DNA of 64,000 bases from Pseudomonadota bacterium (GCA_021778015.1 JAJYCX010000003.1:35820-99819), one strand, 5' to 3'. Positions 41,744 through 53,152 are shown, counted from the first letter of the stretch. Made by a program: numbers and translations. Notes: generated by a model not told the origin, from the letters alone.

Positions 41744-44275
41744 TTATAAATTTCCTAACGCCTGCAATAAATCCTTAGTTAAAACCTTAACCTCATGTTC
41801 CGTTAAAAATACCCCTTCACAATTCTTCACCACAAAAATATCTTCTATGCGTTGACCCAAGGTGGCTATCTTGGCTTGTTGCAAATTGAGTTTATGCTCA
41901 GAGAATACTAACCCTATTTTGGCCAATAAACCGGGTCTGTCATAAGAAATAATTTCAACTTCAGTTACATTTTGGTTTTCTTTATGGCGGCAGTGTACTT
42001 CGGTAACCATATTCGGCAATAATCGTTGCTTATGAAAGCGTCGTTTAAATGTAGGTGCGATCGGGTTTTCTTTTAATCCCAGTAATGCATCTTCTAAACG
42101 CTGTAGTAAATGTTCTTTTTTCTTAGAATAAGCCGTTTCGCGTAACAGGTAGAAACTATCTAAAGCATAATCCTCTGTGGTCGTTAAAATGTCGGCTGAG
42201 ACTACGTTTAGATTTTCTTTTTCTAGCACATTGGTAAACAATGAAAACAGAAAAGGTCTATCCTTGCAATAGATAAACAATTCATAATAACCAAGCTTTG
42301 GATGATTGCTCAAGCAAAAAACAGCTTTATCTTCTTTTTGTTTTAAAATGAATATCGTGTGTTTGGCAATGCTGGGTACGCTGTGATGTAAGAAATAAAC
42401 CCCAGGCCAACTCTGCCATAATGAAAGGGCAGCAGAAGCCTCTATGCCTTGTTTGGCTAATAATAACAAACTTTTTTCTTTTTTACGTTCTGTTTTTTTA
42501 TCTATGGGCGACACGGCATAATCGCATTGTAAAGCTTTTGCAGTAGCTAGATACAGTTTTTTGAGTAAACTGTCCTTCCAACCATTCCACAGAGTCGGAT
42601 TGGTAGCAGAGATATCTGCGACGGTGAGTAAATACAATAACTTTAAGCGATTTAAATTGCCAACTTCTTTAGCAAAAGTAATGATCACCGTTGGATCGTG
42701 TATATCTTGCTTTTGCGCAACCATGGACATTAGCAAATGATTTTTAACCAGCCAAATTAAATTACTTTGTTCTTCTTTGCTTAATAAGGTGCTTAATCGA
42801 TCACATACGTCTATGGCCAATTTTTCGCCGACTAAGCTGTGATCTTCCATATGGCCTTTGCCGCTATCGTGCAACAAAGCAGCCAAATAAAGCACTTGTG
42901 GCGATTGTATGTTAGGAATAAGTTCATGGCAAAGAGGATACTGTTCTTGATAAGCTTTTAAGTAAAATTTATCTATCATGGACGTTAATAATAAAGTATG
43001 TTCATCTACGGTGTAACTGTGAAACAGACTATGCTGTATTAAACCCATTGCCAACTGTAATTCTGGCAAATAATGCGTTAGGTTGTTCCAAAGACGTAAT
43101 GCTTTAAGCAAAGTATAAACATAAGGTGCTTTGTTAAACAGATTTAGAAATAATTTTTGATTCACTGGATCCAATGATTTTTCTGATGAGACGGGGTTAG
43201 AGGCTATGGCTCTAATCACAGGTAATGGAATGTTTTGAATATCAGTATCATTTTGGCAGTTGAGCAAAATCTCTAGAGGATGTAAAGAGGTCTCATCTGT
43301 AGAACCGGTGGCCTTGTTTACTTTATCCAGCCATTCACAAAAACTTTTCTCCAAAATAGCTTCATAACACATCAAAGTCAACACGGCATCATAATACTTC
43401 TTCATAAAATCACGTTGCGATTCTTTGTAACATTCAGCCAATTCGGATTGCATTTCAAAAGATAGGCGATCTTCATTCTTTTTGGCCTGCAAATGTAAAC
43501 CAAAGCGTACATGCGCTAGATATAAATAAGCCTGCGCCAATTTTTGGCTCTCGTTATGGTTCAAAATGTTTTTTGCTTCTAATGCCTGAAGCAGGGTTAA
43601 TAAGCTGCAGTTATTGTTTTCTTGGGGAAAGTGGCCTGCTTCCTTAATAAAGGCATAGTGGCTACACCACAGCAAGGTTTGCATATCGCGCAATCCACCC
43701 GGACTCTCTTTGATATTGGGTTCTAGACAAAAAGCATATAAACCTACAGCCTGATGACGGCGTTTTTGTTCTTCTTTCTTTTGAGTGTAAAATTCTAGCG
43801 TAGGTAATTGTAAAAAAGAATTACTTTGTGCGCAAAAAGAATGGTATAAGTCTAGAGAGCCGCTCAAATAGCGCTGATCCAAAATGCTGGTTAAGGTAGA
43901 TAGATTTTCTTTACATAAATCTCTAAGCTGTTCTTGCGTTGCGGTTATGGGGGATGCTTTTAATTTTAGATCCCACAAAATCTGCAGGAAAGTTTCCAAA
44001 GCGGGATCTTCTTTAATAGGGGTCTCTGTTAAGATGAGGATATCAATATCTGAATAGGGGTATAATTCTTTGCGTCCATATCCCCCCACGGCCAGTAGGC
44101 AGTGTTTCTTTAAAGAGCCCTGATAGCGTTGCCACAGATTTATTAAGAGCGAATCTGTAATATCGGTATAATGGTTTAATAAATCCAGCGTACTTTTTTC
44201 TTTAGAATAGGTGTCATTCAGCGCGCTGATTATTTCTAATAAATTTTCTTTATAATGGGCTACTATATCATTCAT
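41744..44275 (-). CDS. glnD: PII uridylyltransferase/uridylyl-removing enzyme
   Basis: AVGGYGR.EL.PYSDID, EPNIKESPGGLRD, YTVDEH, LLHD, two ACT domains (DRPFLF, DRPGLL); start set at MNDI. Confidence 0.95.
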   Translation of the reverse strand: MNDIVAHYKENLLEIISALNDTYSKEKSTLDLLNHYTDITDSLLINLWQRYQGSLKKHCLLAVGGYGRKELYPYSDIDILILTETPIKEDPALETFLQILWDLKLKASPITATQEQLRDLCKENLSTLTSILDQRYLSGSLDLYHSFCAQSNSFLQLPTLEFYTQKKEEQKRRHQAVGLYAFCLEPNIKESPGGLRDMQTLLWCSHYAFIKEAGHFPQENNNCSLLTLLQALEAKNILNHNESQKLAQAYLYLAHVRFGLHLQAKKNEDRLSFEMQSELAECYKESQRDFMKKYYDAVLTLMCYEAILEKSFCEWLDKVNKATGSTDETSLHPLEILLNCQNDTDIQNIPLPVIRAIASNPVSSEKSLDPVNQKLFLNLFNKAPYVYTLLKALRLWNNLTHYLPELQLAMGLIQHSLFHSYTVDEHTLLLTSMIDKFYLKAYQEQYPLCHELIPNIQSPQVLYLAALLHDSGKGHMEDHSLVGEKLAIDVCDRLSTLLSKEEQSNLIWLVKNHLLMSMVAQKQDIHDPTVIITFAKEVGNLNRLKLLYLLTVADISATNPTLWNGWKDSLLKKLYLATAKALQCDYAVSPIDKKTERKKEKSLLLLAKQGIEASAALSLWQSWPGVYFLHHSVPSIAKHTIFILKQKEDKAVFCLSNHPKLGYYELFIYCKDRPFLFSLFTNVLEKENLNVVSADILTTTEDYALDSFYLLRETAYSKKKEHLLQRLEDALLGLKENPIAPTFKRRFHKQRLLPNMVTEVHCRHKENQNVTEVEIISYDRPGLLAKIGLVFSEHKLNLQQAKIATLGQRIEDIFVVKNCEGVFLTEHEVKVLTKDLLQALGNL

Positions 44276-45689
44276 GCGCAGCTTCTGCGGCAATAACATG
44301 ACTAATGCAACACGTTAAGCGCTTTACCGCAGGAATGTGTAAAAACTCATTAGGTCCGTGCGCATTGGAATGTGGCCCTAAGATGCCGGTAATGAGAAAT
44401 TGCGCCTTAGGAAATTTTTTACCTAACATGGCCATAAATGGTATGCTGCCGCCTTCGGCAATGGCCAGGGCTTCTTTGCCAAAATAGGCATCTGACGCTT
44501 CATCCATTGCATTTTTAAGCCAAGAATCTAACAACGGTGCATGCCAACCGCTACTGGTTTTTTGAAGGTCGAAAGTGACTTTAGCCTTATAGGGGGGATC
44601 GGCTTCTAAGATTTGTTTTAACTGTACAGCGGCTTTTTCTACATCGCAAGTAGGCGGCGTACGTATAGATAAAGTCAGAGTAGTATAAGGTCGCAATACA
44701 TTGCTGGCATTTTCTAAAGAGGGTATGCCTTCGCAAGCGATGATCTCTAAAGCGGGGCGCCAAGTGCGATTTAATAGTAATTCGCTCATATTATCGTTAA
44801 CGGGCATAGCCGCACCAGTGCGCGGAAAAGCTTTATAAACTTCATCGCCCAATACACTGGCGGCCAAACGCGTTTCTTTAATGCGTTGTTCGGGAATATT
44901 GACATGAAATGCTGATAATAAAATTTCACCGGTATTTTTATTTTCAACGCGGCTTAATAGTTGTCTTATGATCCTAAAGCTAGAGGGCATAATACCGGTG
45001 CCATAGCCGGAGTGTACTCCTTCCGTTAATACTTCTACCCGCAGTGTGCCGGCTACAATTCCGCGTAGCGAAGTGGTATGCCAGAGTTGTTCGTAGTTGC
45101 CGCAGCCAGAATCTAAGCAGATGATAAGTTCTGGTGTTCCTATGTCTTGTTCTAATTCATCAATATAGTAGGGTAGATCGATACTGCCGCTTTCTTCCGA
45201 ATTTTCAATTAAAATAACGATACGGCTGTGGGCACTATTTTGTGCTTTCAACGCTTTAATTGCTAAGATAGAAGCAAAAATAGCATAGCCATCATCGGCG
45301 CCACCGCGGCCATATAATTTATCGCCTTTTAATACAGCCTCCCAGGGGGATAAGCCCTCCATCCAGCCATGCATTTCCGGTTGTTTGTCGATATGGCCAT
45401 ACATTAATATTGTCTTGTCTAATGTGCCAGGGATTTCTATGAAGATAACCGGGGTACGTTTAGGTAATTGCAGTACGCGCAGTTCTAAGCCAGGAATAGC
45501 TTGCTTTTTAACCCAATCGGCGACTAATTTGACTGCAGCATCAATATGACCATTTTCTTGCCAATTGGCGTCAAAAGCAGGGGATTTATTGGGAATAGCA
45601 ATAAATTTTTTTAAGGTAGGAATGATGTCATCTTCCCAAGATTGCTCGCATAAAGTGCGTATTTTGTCTGAATTAGGTAAAACGCTCAT
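44268..45689 (-). CDS. M20-family metallo-dipeptidase
   Basis: YGHIDKQP, YGRGGADD, EESGS, GGSIPF, NAHGPNE. Confidence 0.92.
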   Translation of the reverse strand: MSVLPNSDKIRTLCEQSWEDDIIPTLKKFIAIPNKSPAFDANWQENGHIDAAVKLVADWVKKQAIPGLELRVLQLPKRTPVIFIEIPGTLDKTILMYGHIDKQPEMHGWMEGLSPWEAVLKGDKLYGRGGADDGYAIFASILAIKALKAQNSAHSRIVILIENSEESGSIDLPYYIDELEQDIGTPELIICLDSGCGNYEQLWHTTSLRGIVAGTLRVEVLTEGVHSGYGTGIMPSSFRIIRQLLSRVENKNTGEILLSAFHVNIPEQRIKETRLAASVLGDEVYKAFPRTGAAMPVNDNMSELLLNRTWRPALEIIACEGIPSLENASNVLRPYTTLTLSIRTPPTCDVEKAAVQLKQILEADPPYKAKVTFDLQKTSSGWHAPLLDSWLKNAMDEASDAYFGKEALAIAEGGSIPFMAMLGKKFPKAQFLITGILGPHSNAHGPNEFLHIPAVKRLTCCISHVIAAEAAHE

Positions 45690-45800
45690 AATTGGCCCCT
45701 TCTAGTGTTGTATAGATATTTTAGTCGTTTTGTGGCCATTTGTTAAGTCATGCTCATAATTTGAGCTATACTTAGGAAAAAGGTATAACGGAGAACTATT

Positions 45801-46043
45801 ATGGCCTCGTACGCATATAATCACGTTTTGAGTGAAAATGAACATCTACATTATGATGAAGAAGAGCAATTGCTCTTTGAAATTGAAGACAAGTTCGAAA
45901 AATCGATGGGTCGGTTACATAAAAGTCGTGAGCGTCACCACCGCCTTTTATTAGATGATTACTTAGAAGCCAGAAGAGGGGAGAGGTTCCATAGGGATTT
46001 GTACGACCCAGACTTGGGCGATGCCAGTGCTTCTCATGTTTAA
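45801..46043 (+). CDS. Small charged hypothetical protein (possibly PA3496/DUF3545-like)
   Basis: GGAG RBS; RLLLDDYLEARR resembles the RR.IE...E.RRL motif; family call is weak. Confidence 0.5.
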   Translation: MASYAYNHVLSENEHLHYDEEEQLLFEIEDKFEKSMGRLHKSRERHHRLLLDDYLEARRGERFHRDLYDPDLGDASASHV

Positions 46044-46094
46044 GTTTCAGTGACAATTATCCCTTGCTTTGCTACACTGTAGCGGGAGGTAAGG

Positions 46095-47276
46095 GTGAAC
46101 CAATTCTTTTTACAATTTTACAATCTGCGCTGTGTTTTAAAACGCTTTGGCGCTGATCGCTGCTTGTCGCGCGCAGCAGAACTTAGCTTTACCACCTTAT
46201 TGGCCATAGTACCCATGATGATGGTGGGGTTGGTTATTTTCACTGCTTTTCCCAAATTTGCCATTTTAGGCGATAAAGCCCAAGATTTTATTTTTGCTCA
46301 TTTTGTCCCTTCTACGGGCCAAGTGATACAAAGCCAGCTCAATTTATGGGTGCAAAAAACGATACAATTATCCTGGCTAGGCATCATATCACTGTTGGTG
46401 ACGGCTATTTTTGTGTTATTCAGCATAGAAAGCGCCTTTAATGCCATATGGCGCATCAAAAAATCACGCCATTTTATCGAAGGATTTTTTCTGTATTGGG
46501 GCATTTTAACCCTGGCACCGTTATTGTTGGGAACGTGTATGCTGCTTTTTTCGCATGCCTTTGCTTGGTCCGGGCAAGAAACGGGTTGGCATTCTGCGCT
46601 AGCAAAAAAATGGCTGAGTTCAGGGATTATGTTTATTATAACTACACTGTGGTTTACTTTATTATACCGTTTACTGCCTAACCGTATTTCCCCGCTAAAA
46701 TATTGTTTTACAGCGGGCTTAGTGGCGGCATTGTTATTTGAATTGGCTAGGCAGGCCTTTGCTTTTTATATCGATCGTTTTTCAATTTACACCCTGGTAT
46801 ATGGAGCCTTAGCAGTCATTCCTATCTTCTTATTGTGGCTTTATTTATCTTGGACCATTGTGCTGTGGGGCGCTGAGTTATTGCAAATATTACCCTATTG
46901 GCACACGCCGCTGCCGCAAAGAAAGCAAACAGCCTTGTCTAGAGCTCTATTATTATTGAAGATTTTACACGACAATAAACACCGCTATGACTATGAGGCC
47001 TGGTTAAAACATGCGCCCAGCGATGAGCTGAATAATATAGAATCCTTAGAAGAACAGCTAGAAGAAGCAGGAATCATCGCTTGCGTCAATAAAAAGATTA
47101 AATTAACCGTGGATTTAAACGAATTGACCTTGTATCAGCTCATGGAAGCCATATATTATCCAAGCTTAAAAATAGAAGAGCAGCACCTAAGCAATAAAGT
47201 GGTATCAGAAGTATTGCAACAAGGCATTGTGCAGTTGAAAGAAGATTGGAATATGCCTGTGTTGAAAGGGTTATAA
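46095..47276 (+). CDS. YihY/BrkB inner-membrane protein
   Basis: AAELSFTTLLAIVP, FNAIW, YGALAVIPIFLLWLYLSW. Confidence 0.92.
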   Translation: MNQFFLQFYNLRCVLKRFGADRCLSRAAELSFTTLLAIVPMMMVGLVIFTAFPKFAILGDKAQDFIFAHFVPSTGQVIQSQLNLWVQKTIQLSWLGIISLLVTAIFVLFSIESAFNAIWRIKKSRHFIEGFFLYWGILTLAPLLLGTCMLLFSHAFAWSGQETGWHSALAKKWLSSGIMFIITTLWFTLLYRLLPNRISPLKYCFTAGLVAALLFELARQAFAFYIDRFSIYTLVYGALAVIPIFLLWLYLSWTIVLWGAELLQILPYWHTPLPQRKQTALSRALLLLKILHDNKHRYDYEAWLKHAPSDELNNIESLEEQLEEAGIIACVNKKIKLTVDLNELTLYQLMEAIYYPSLKIEEQHLSNKVVSEVLQQGIVQLKEDWNMPVLKGL

Positions 47277-47328
47277 GTAGTTATCCGTACCTATGAAACA
47301 GATTTCGATAGCATGAAGCTACCCGATC

Positions 47329-47542
47329 CGTCATTGCGAGCAAGCGAGTAGCTGAACTATAATAGAAACTATGAAAGGCAATAATACTTGAACTGTTGAA
47401 TTGAACAAAACCGGACGAGCGCAGTGTGGCAATCCAGGACAATACAATGAGCCATTGATTACACGGATGACTAATAAAAACTGAAATACCGGATAAATCC
47501 AGGATTTTAACCCCTGGATTGCGTCGCTTGCTCGCAATGACG
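47329..47542. repeat. Family C REP-like inverted pair, expanded
   Basis: CGTCATTGCGAGCAAGCGA ... TCGCTTGCTCGCAATGACG; the left arm is split by an insert before GGCAATCCAGGA. Confidence 0.8.
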
Positions 47543-47631
47543 AGCCAGAGAATATGAGATAGATTGCGACATAATTTCGCATTTAAACAGAATAAGACTA
47601 TAATTAACAGAACGTTAGGAGAGGTAATACT

Positions 47632-47931
47632 ATGCCAGTTTATGAATATTGTTGTCAGAAATGCGGTCATTGCTTTGACGCCTTACAAGGCTTATCCGAT
47701 ACGCCTTTAGAGGAATGTCCGCAATGCAAGGAGCTCAGCCTAGAGAAACTAATCAGCGCGCCTATGTTTCAGCTCAAAGGTACGGGTTGGTATGAGACTG
47801 ATTTTAAAAAGAAAAAAGAAGCGCCTGCAGCAAATAAAGAAAGCACACCGTCAGAAACCAAAGCCGATGCGCCTAAAGCGGATGCACCTAAAAGCGATCC
47901 AAGTACCAAAAACAAAGAGAGCGGCGAATGA
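47632..47931 (+). CDS. FmdB-family zinc-ribbon protein
   Basis: MPVYEYCC..CGH, CPQC, FQLKGTGWYETDF. Confidence 0.92.
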   Translation: MPVYEYCCQKCGHCFDALQGLSDTPLEECPQCKELSLEKLISAPMFQLKGTGWYETDFKKKKEAPAANKESTPSETKADAPKADAPKSDPSTKNKESGE

Positions 47932-48563
47932 GTAAAATAAAGGCTGGCTTGCAACGCTATTTTTTAGCGGGCTTATTGATTTGGTTACCCATCTTAGCCA
48001 CGGTTTGGGTGATACACTTTATCGTTAATGTATTGGATCAGGTGCTATTGCTGTTGCCCGCCAATGCTTCTCCACGCGTTTGGCTGGGTGTCGATATTCC
48101 TGGTTTTGGTGTCATCATCAGTTTACTTATCCTTTTAGGAACAGGCATTCTTGCTGCCAATTTTTTTGGCAAGAGACTATTCGCTTTGTGGGAGCGTTTA
48201 ATACATCGCGTGCCTTTAGTGAGAAGCGTCTATGGCAGCGTTAAACAAGTCGCTCAATCTTTTTTAGAACCCGGTGGCAATTCTTTCAAAAAAGTCGTTT
48301 TAGTGGAATACCCGCGTCGTGATATGTGGAGCATTGCTTTTCAGACTACAGATAACTTTTCTGCAGGGCGTGAACAATTGCCACAAGATCATGTGATGGT
48401 ATTTATTCCCACCACACCGAATCCTACCTCGGGATTTTTATTGATCGTTCCAGCCAATGAAGTCAAGGAAATGAACCTATCCGTAGAAGATGCCATCAAG
48501 ATGGTTATCTCGTTGGGAGTAGTGCAGCCTAAAAGAACCGAGCCCAAACAGCCAAAGTATTGA
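47928..48563 (+). CDS. DUF502 membrane protein
   Basis: YFLAGLL, VPLVRSVY, VFIPTTPNPTSGFL. Confidence 0.92.
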   Translation: MSKIKAGLQRYFLAGLLIWLPILATVWVIHFIVNVLDQVLLLLPANASPRVWLGVDIPGFGVIISLLILLGTGILAANFFGKRLFALWERLIHRVPLVRSVYGSVKQVAQSFLEPGGNSFKKVVLVEYPRRDMWSIAFQTTDNFSAGREQLPQDHVMVFIPTTPNPTSGFLLIVPANEVKEMNLSVEDAIKMVISLGVVQPKRTEPKQPKY

Positions 48564-48664
48564 TCATCACCGTAAATTTATGCTAAAATATTGACCATTA
48601 AAGATAATAGCCTTAGTGCTTTTATCTTATTGATTAATAAATATAATTTTAATAGAGGTAAATT

Positions 48665-49858
48665 ATGTCAGCCACCAGTACACGTATTTCTGGATTAGTC
48701 ATGTCAATTCAACGCCTGAATCCAAATTATGAATTTGACGATCGGTATATAGATTCTATTAACCTCACTATTATGGAAAATCCAGTAAAAACAGCAGACG
48801 GACAGCGTTATGATAAAACTTCTATTGAGGATTGGTTTGAGCAATGTAAGAGTGGCCACAAAGCAATAACATCTCCCCTGACAGGAAAAAAATTAGAGAA
48901 TGAAAACTTGACTCCGGACGGTGCGTTTAAAAAAGAAATACTAGAATATTTAAGGGCTGTAGAAACTAAACTAAGTAAGGAATCTTCTTTTAGCAGTAGT
49001 GCTTTACCATCTTCTAGCAGCATGGACTTACCTTTAGCAACGTCAAATCTAATAACAAGATCTTTAAAGGACAAATCCGTAAATGCGCCTGCTCTACTAC
49101 CGACGACTCCTTCTGCTTCTTCTAGCAGTAGCGCTTTACCTTCTTCTAGCAGTAGCGCTTTCTTAGATACATTGTTCTCCGCATTTTTCTATAAGGATGC
49201 TACAGTTATATCTAAACCACCGGCTGTTAATGTTTCACTTCAGGGTATTAAAGCGGAAAAACTTAGTTTTCATTTTATGGGTTCCCCATACGGAGCTAAG
49301 TTACTTCTTCGATTGACTGGCAATCCATGGACAGAAGATTTTCTATCTTCGATAGGTGCGCCAAATGGGCATGTAGATATTGAAATGAAAAAAGCTCCAT
49401 CGCACACGCTTCAACTTTGGGAAGCATTTTATGGATCTAGAAATCAAGAATGGAGACCAACTGCAAGTTATCATGCTGCGAAACTCGGCTGTGTTATCGT
49501 CGTAACACTTGGCAAAGACTCAGACTCAGGCTTTGACTTTAATGCTGAAATAAAAGAGCTTAAGAATCATATTGAGTCTATAAGAAAATATCACCCCCGT
49601 GAAAGTAATTGCGCTATTATTTTGGTTGGGCTTGATGATATAAAAGATCCCTCTTTTAACCGAACCCCTCAGATAGACCGCTTAAAAAAGGAAGCCGAAA
49701 TATATGGTATTGAAAAAGATATTCTTATTGTATCGGCAAGGACTGCCGCCAACTGTGACACACTTATGGCGCGGCTTGAAGAAATAGTCATAAGAGATTA
49801 TATACAGCTGAAACGCAATGAGGCCCTAAAAATGTCTCCACCAGCAGCGAGAAAATAG
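48665..49858 (+). CDS. U-box plus degenerate Rab/Ras-like domain protein, candidate effector
   Basis: U-box IMENPVKTADGQRYDKTSIEDWF..SPLTG; Ser-rich linker; Rab-like LLLRL..WTEDFLSSIG, LQLWE, IILVG, VSART. Confidence 0.8.
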   Translation: MSATSTRISGLVMSIQRLNPNYEFDDRYIDSINLTIMENPVKTADGQRYDKTSIEDWFEQCKSGHKAITSPLTGKKLENENLTPDGAFKKEILEYLRAVETKLSKESSFSSSALPSSSSMDLPLATSNLITRSLKDKSVNAPALLPTTPSASSSSSALPSSSSSAFLDTLFSAFFYKDATVISKPPAVNVSLQGIKAEKLSFHFMGSPYGAKLLLRLTGNPWTEDFLSSIGAPNGHVDIEMKKAPSHTLQLWEAFYGSRNQEWRPTASYHAAKLGCVIVVTLGKDSDSGFDFNAEIKELKNHIESIRKYHPRESNCAIILVGLDDIKDPSFNRTPQIDRLKKEAEIYGIEKDILIVSARTAANCDTLMARLEEIVIRDYIQLKRNEALKMSPPAARK

Positions 49859-50032
49859 CACTATATAGATGGGTCTCTGGGTCACCTATAGGCTTAAAAT
49901 ATTTTATCCACAATGCAATCGAGTTTTATCATCGATGATCGCACGCAACTACGCGTATAATATCATTGGTTTTTTAGCTCCATTTAAGGTAAACTTTGCG
50001 GATTAAAAAACATATTTTAAATAGGATAAAGC

Positions 50033-51811
50033 ATGCGTAGCCATTATTGTGGGCAAATAAATGAACAATTCGTAGGCCATTCGGTCCAAGTCTGTGGCTG
50101 GGTACACCGGCGGCGAGACCATGGCGGCATTATTTTTATCGATTTGCGCGATTGCAGCGGTTTGGTACAAGTCTTATTTGAACCCGAAATCGGTGCATTA
50201 TTTAAACAGGCTGAAAGCTTGCGCAGTGAGTTTGTACTTCAAGTCACGGCCAAAGTCCGTGCCAGACCCGAGAATATGGTCAATGCCAATCTAGCCAGTG
50301 GCAAAATTGAGTTGGTTGCTGAGGCATTAACTATTTTAAGCGAGGCCGAAACACCACCTTTTCCCTTGGATGACGCCAATGTAGGCGAGGATACTCGTTT
50401 AAAATACCGTTACATCGACATACGCCGCCCAGAAGTATTCAAACGCTTACAATTACGCAACGAAATCACCAAGTTTACACGCCGTTATTTCGATGAATTG
50501 GGCTTTATGGACATTGAAACCCCCATGCTGATGAAAGCAACGCCTGAAGGCGCGCGCGATTATTTAGTTCCCAGTCGTACGCATCCAGGACATTTCTTTG
50601 CTTTGCCGCAATCGCCACAATTGTTTAAACAATTATTGATGTTGGCCGGTTGCGATCGCTATTATCAAATCGTGCGTTGTTTTAGAGACGAAGATTTGCG
50701 CGCGGATCGTCAACCTGAATTTACGCAGCTCGATATAGAAGCTTCCTTCATCGATGAAGCCAGCATTCAAAATTGGACAGAGCAGTGGATAGTCGCTTTA
50801 TTTAAAGCGGTATTGGCCATAGACTTGCCACAACCTTTTCCACACTTAACGTATGCCGAAGCAATGCGCCGTTTTGCCAGTGACAAGCCGGATCTGCGTA
50901 TTCCTTTAGAATTGGTCGACATAGCTGATCTAGTGAAAGACTGTGAATTCAAAGTATTCAGCGAATCTGCTAATGATGTACAACATCGCGTGGTGGCTTT
51001 GCGTTTACCCAATGGTGTTAGTTTATCACGCAAACAATTGGATGACTATGGCGTCTTTGTAGGCCAACATGGCTTGAAAGGCTTGGCTTATATGAAAATC
51101 AACAATAAAGACGCTGGCGTAGAAGGCGTGCAATCGCCTATAGCCAAGTTCTTATCCCCTGAAATTTTGGCAAACATATTAAAACGCACCGAAGCACAAA
51201 ATAACGACATAATCTTTTTTGCAGCGGCTAAAGAAAAACATGTCAACGATGCTATGGGCGCATTGCGCATACAATTGGGTCACGATTTGAATTTATTTAC
51301 TTGTAATTGGGCACCGTTGTGGGTAGTAGATTTTCCTATGTTTGAAATGAATGATAGAAATGAATTGCAACCTTTGCACCATCCTTTCACTTCACCTAAA
51401 ACGGATTCTGCAGAAGCATTAAAAGCAGATCCTTTACACACGGTCTCTAGAGCCTATGACATGGTACTAAATGGCTTTGAATTGGGTGGCGGCTCTATAC
51501 GCATACACAGTAAAGAAATGCAAAAAACGGTTTTTGAGTTATTGTCGTTAACGGAAGAAAAAACAAAAGAAAAATTTGGCTTTTTCTTGGAAGCTTTAAA
51601 ATACGGCTGCCCACCACACGGCGGTATTGCATTCGGGATGGATAGAATCGCCATGCTCATGGCAGGGTGTACTTCCATACGCGAAGTCATTGCTTTTCCC
51701 AAAACTCAAAGTGCGAGTTGCCCATTGACGGATGCACCGTCTGTGGCAGATAAGGCACAACTAGAGGAATTACACATAGCAGTTTCTAAACCAATTGATA
51801 CGAGGAATTAA
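50033..51811 (+). CDS. aspS: Aspartate--tRNA ligase
   Basis: [42 protein letters not shown]. Confidence 0.99.
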   Translation: MRSHYCGQINEQFVGHSVQVCGWVHRRRDHGGIIFIDLRDCSGLVQVLFEPEIGALFKQAESLRSEFVLQVTAKVRARPENMVNANLASGKIELVAEALTILSEAETPPFPLDDANVGEDTRLKYRYIDIRRPEVFKRLQLRNEITKFTRRYFDELGFMDIETPMLMKATPEGARDYLVPSRTHPGHFFALPQSPQLFKQLLMLAGCDRYYQIVRCFRDEDLRADRQPEFTQLDIEASFIDEASIQNWTEQWIVALFKAVLAIDLPQPFPHLTYAEAMRRFASDKPDLRIPLELVDIADLVKDCEFKVFSESANDVQHRVVALRLPNGVSLSRKQLDDYGVFVGQHGLKGLAYMKINNKDAGVEGVQSPIAKFLSPEILANILKRTEAQNNDIIFFAAAKEKHVNDAMGALRIQLGHDLNLFTCNWAPLWVVDFPMFEMNDRNELQPLHHPFTSPKTDSAEALKADPLHTVSRAYDMVLNGFELGGGSIRIHSKEMQKTVFELLSLTEEKTKEKFGFFLEALKYGCPPHGGIAFGMDRIAMLMAGCTSIREVIAFPKTQSASCPLTDAPSVADKAQLEELHIAVSKPIDTRN

Positions 51812-51813
51812 TT

Positions 51814-52560
51814 ATGGCTGGTCATAGTAAATGGGCGAATATTAAACATAGAAAATCTAAAGAAGATGCGAGAAAAGCTAAAGTATTTACCAAACTTATC
51901 CGTGAATTGACCATTGCCGCACGCATGGGTGGCGGCGATGTCAATAGCAATCCGCGCTTGCGTTTAGCAATGGATAAAGCTTTTTCGCAAAATATGCCTA
52001 AAGACACCATACAAAGAGCGATTAAACGCGGCTGTGGTACAGAAGATACGGATAACTTAGAAGAAATCTTTTATGAAGGTTATGGCCCTAATGGGGTTGC
52101 CGTTATGGTAGAATGCTTAAGCGATAATCGTAATCGTACCGTGTCGAATGTACGTCATGCGTTTTCTAAATGCGGCGGCAATCTGGGCACAGACGGTTCG
52201 GTAGCTTATCTATTTAATAAGCTGGGGCTTATCGTGTTTGCTAAAGACAGCGATGAAGACGCTATCATGGGGCTAGCTTTGGAAGCTGGAGCAGTAGACG
52301 TTACGATAGATAATGAAGGCAATATACAAGTATTCACTGAGCCTGAACATTTTTTAAATATAAAAGAATTGTTTGCTAAGAAAGGGTTTAACTCGGAAGC
52401 AGCGGAAGTATCTATGATACCCAGCGTCGAAGTCACTTTAGATCGCGATGATGCTGAAAAAATGATTCGGCTCTTGGATATGTTAGAGGAATTGGATGAT
52501 GTGCAAGAAGTGTATTCGAATGCCAACATTCCAGAAGATGTTTTGTCTCAATTAGACTAA
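51814..52560 (+). CDS. yebC: YebC/PmpR family protein
   Basis: [29 protein letters not shown]. Confidence 0.97.
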   Translation: MAGHSKWANIKHRKSKEDARKAKVFTKLIRELTIAARMGGGDVNSNPRLRLAMDKAFSQNMPKDTIQRAIKRGCGTEDTDNLEEIFYEGYGPNGVAVMVECLSDNRNRTVSNVRHAFSKCGGNLGTDGSVAYLFNKLGLIVFAKDSDEDAIMGLALEAGAVDVTIDNEGNIQVFTEPEHFLNIKELFAKKGFNSEAAEVSMIPSVEVTLDRDDAEKMIRLLDMLEELDDVQEVYSNANIPEDVLSQLD

Positions 52561-52561
52561 T

Positions 52562-52609
52562 AGCAGTTGATTTTTAGGCTTTAAGCCTAAGAAACAAATG
52601 TGAAGAGTA
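52562..52609. repeat. Family A element, internally deleted
   Basis: AGCAGTTGATTTTTAGGC-TTTAA-GCCTAAGAAACAAATGTGAAGAGTA. Confidence 0.7.
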
Positions 52610-52621
52610 AGGATAATTTTT

Positions 52622-53101
52622 TTGACATTGCGCATAGTCGGTATTGATCCAGGCTCACGCGTCACCGGTTACGGTGTCATTGAATGCACGTCTAATCAAT
52701 ACCATTATTTAGGCAGCGGTTGTATACGCACAGTGGCTGACGATTGGGTAATGCGCTTACAGCAAATTTATCAGGGTGTGCGCGAAATTATCGCGCAATA
52801 CCAACCCAATGAATTTGCTATTGAACAAGTTTTTATGCATAAAAATGCAAGCTCGGCCTTAAAATTAGGGCAAGCGCGAGGTGCTGCTATAGTAGCGGTA
52901 AATTTGCCAGTGCATGAATATGCGGCGAGACAAATTAAACAAGCGATAGTCGGTTATGGTGCTGCTGAAAAAATACAGGTGCAGCATATGGTAAAACAAG
53001 TATTGAGCATACAAGGCAAAATCGCCAGCGATGCTGCGGATGCCTTAGCCATTGCCATCTGCCATGCGAATCATCGCGAATGGAAATTAAGGAAACTATA
53101 G
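52622..53101 (+). CDS. ruvC: Holliday junction resolvase
   Basis: [27 protein letters not shown]. Confidence 0.97.
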   Translation: MTLRIVGIDPGSRVTGYGVIECTSNQYHYLGSGCIRTVADDWVMRLQQIYQGVREIIAQYQPNEFAIEQVFMHKNASSALKLGQARGAAIVAVNLPVHEYAARQIKQAIVGYGAAEKIQVQHMVKQVLSIQGKIASDAADALAIAICHANHREWKLRKL

Positions 53102-53131
53102 TCGCATTCTCGACCGAAGGTCGGGGATCCC
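53101..53131. repeat. Family D half-site
   Basis: CATTCTCGACCGAAGGTCGGGGATCC. Confidence 0.5.
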
Positions 53132-53152
53132 GTTATAATTAGGATGGTTACA

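Noticed and set aside
47281-47670. 129-aa and 83-aa minus-strand ORFs
   Set aside because: They span the family C repeat and have no protein-like features.
48572-48587. CpxR-like box (GTAAA-N6-CTAAA) upstream of the U-box gene
   Set aside because: One mismatch in very AT-rich DNA and not repeated upstream of the other candidates; not distinguishable from chance.
50033-50300. Non-discriminating AspRS call
   Set aside because: The His of RRRDHG is present but the second signature Gly is not (RPEN), so specificity cannot be called.
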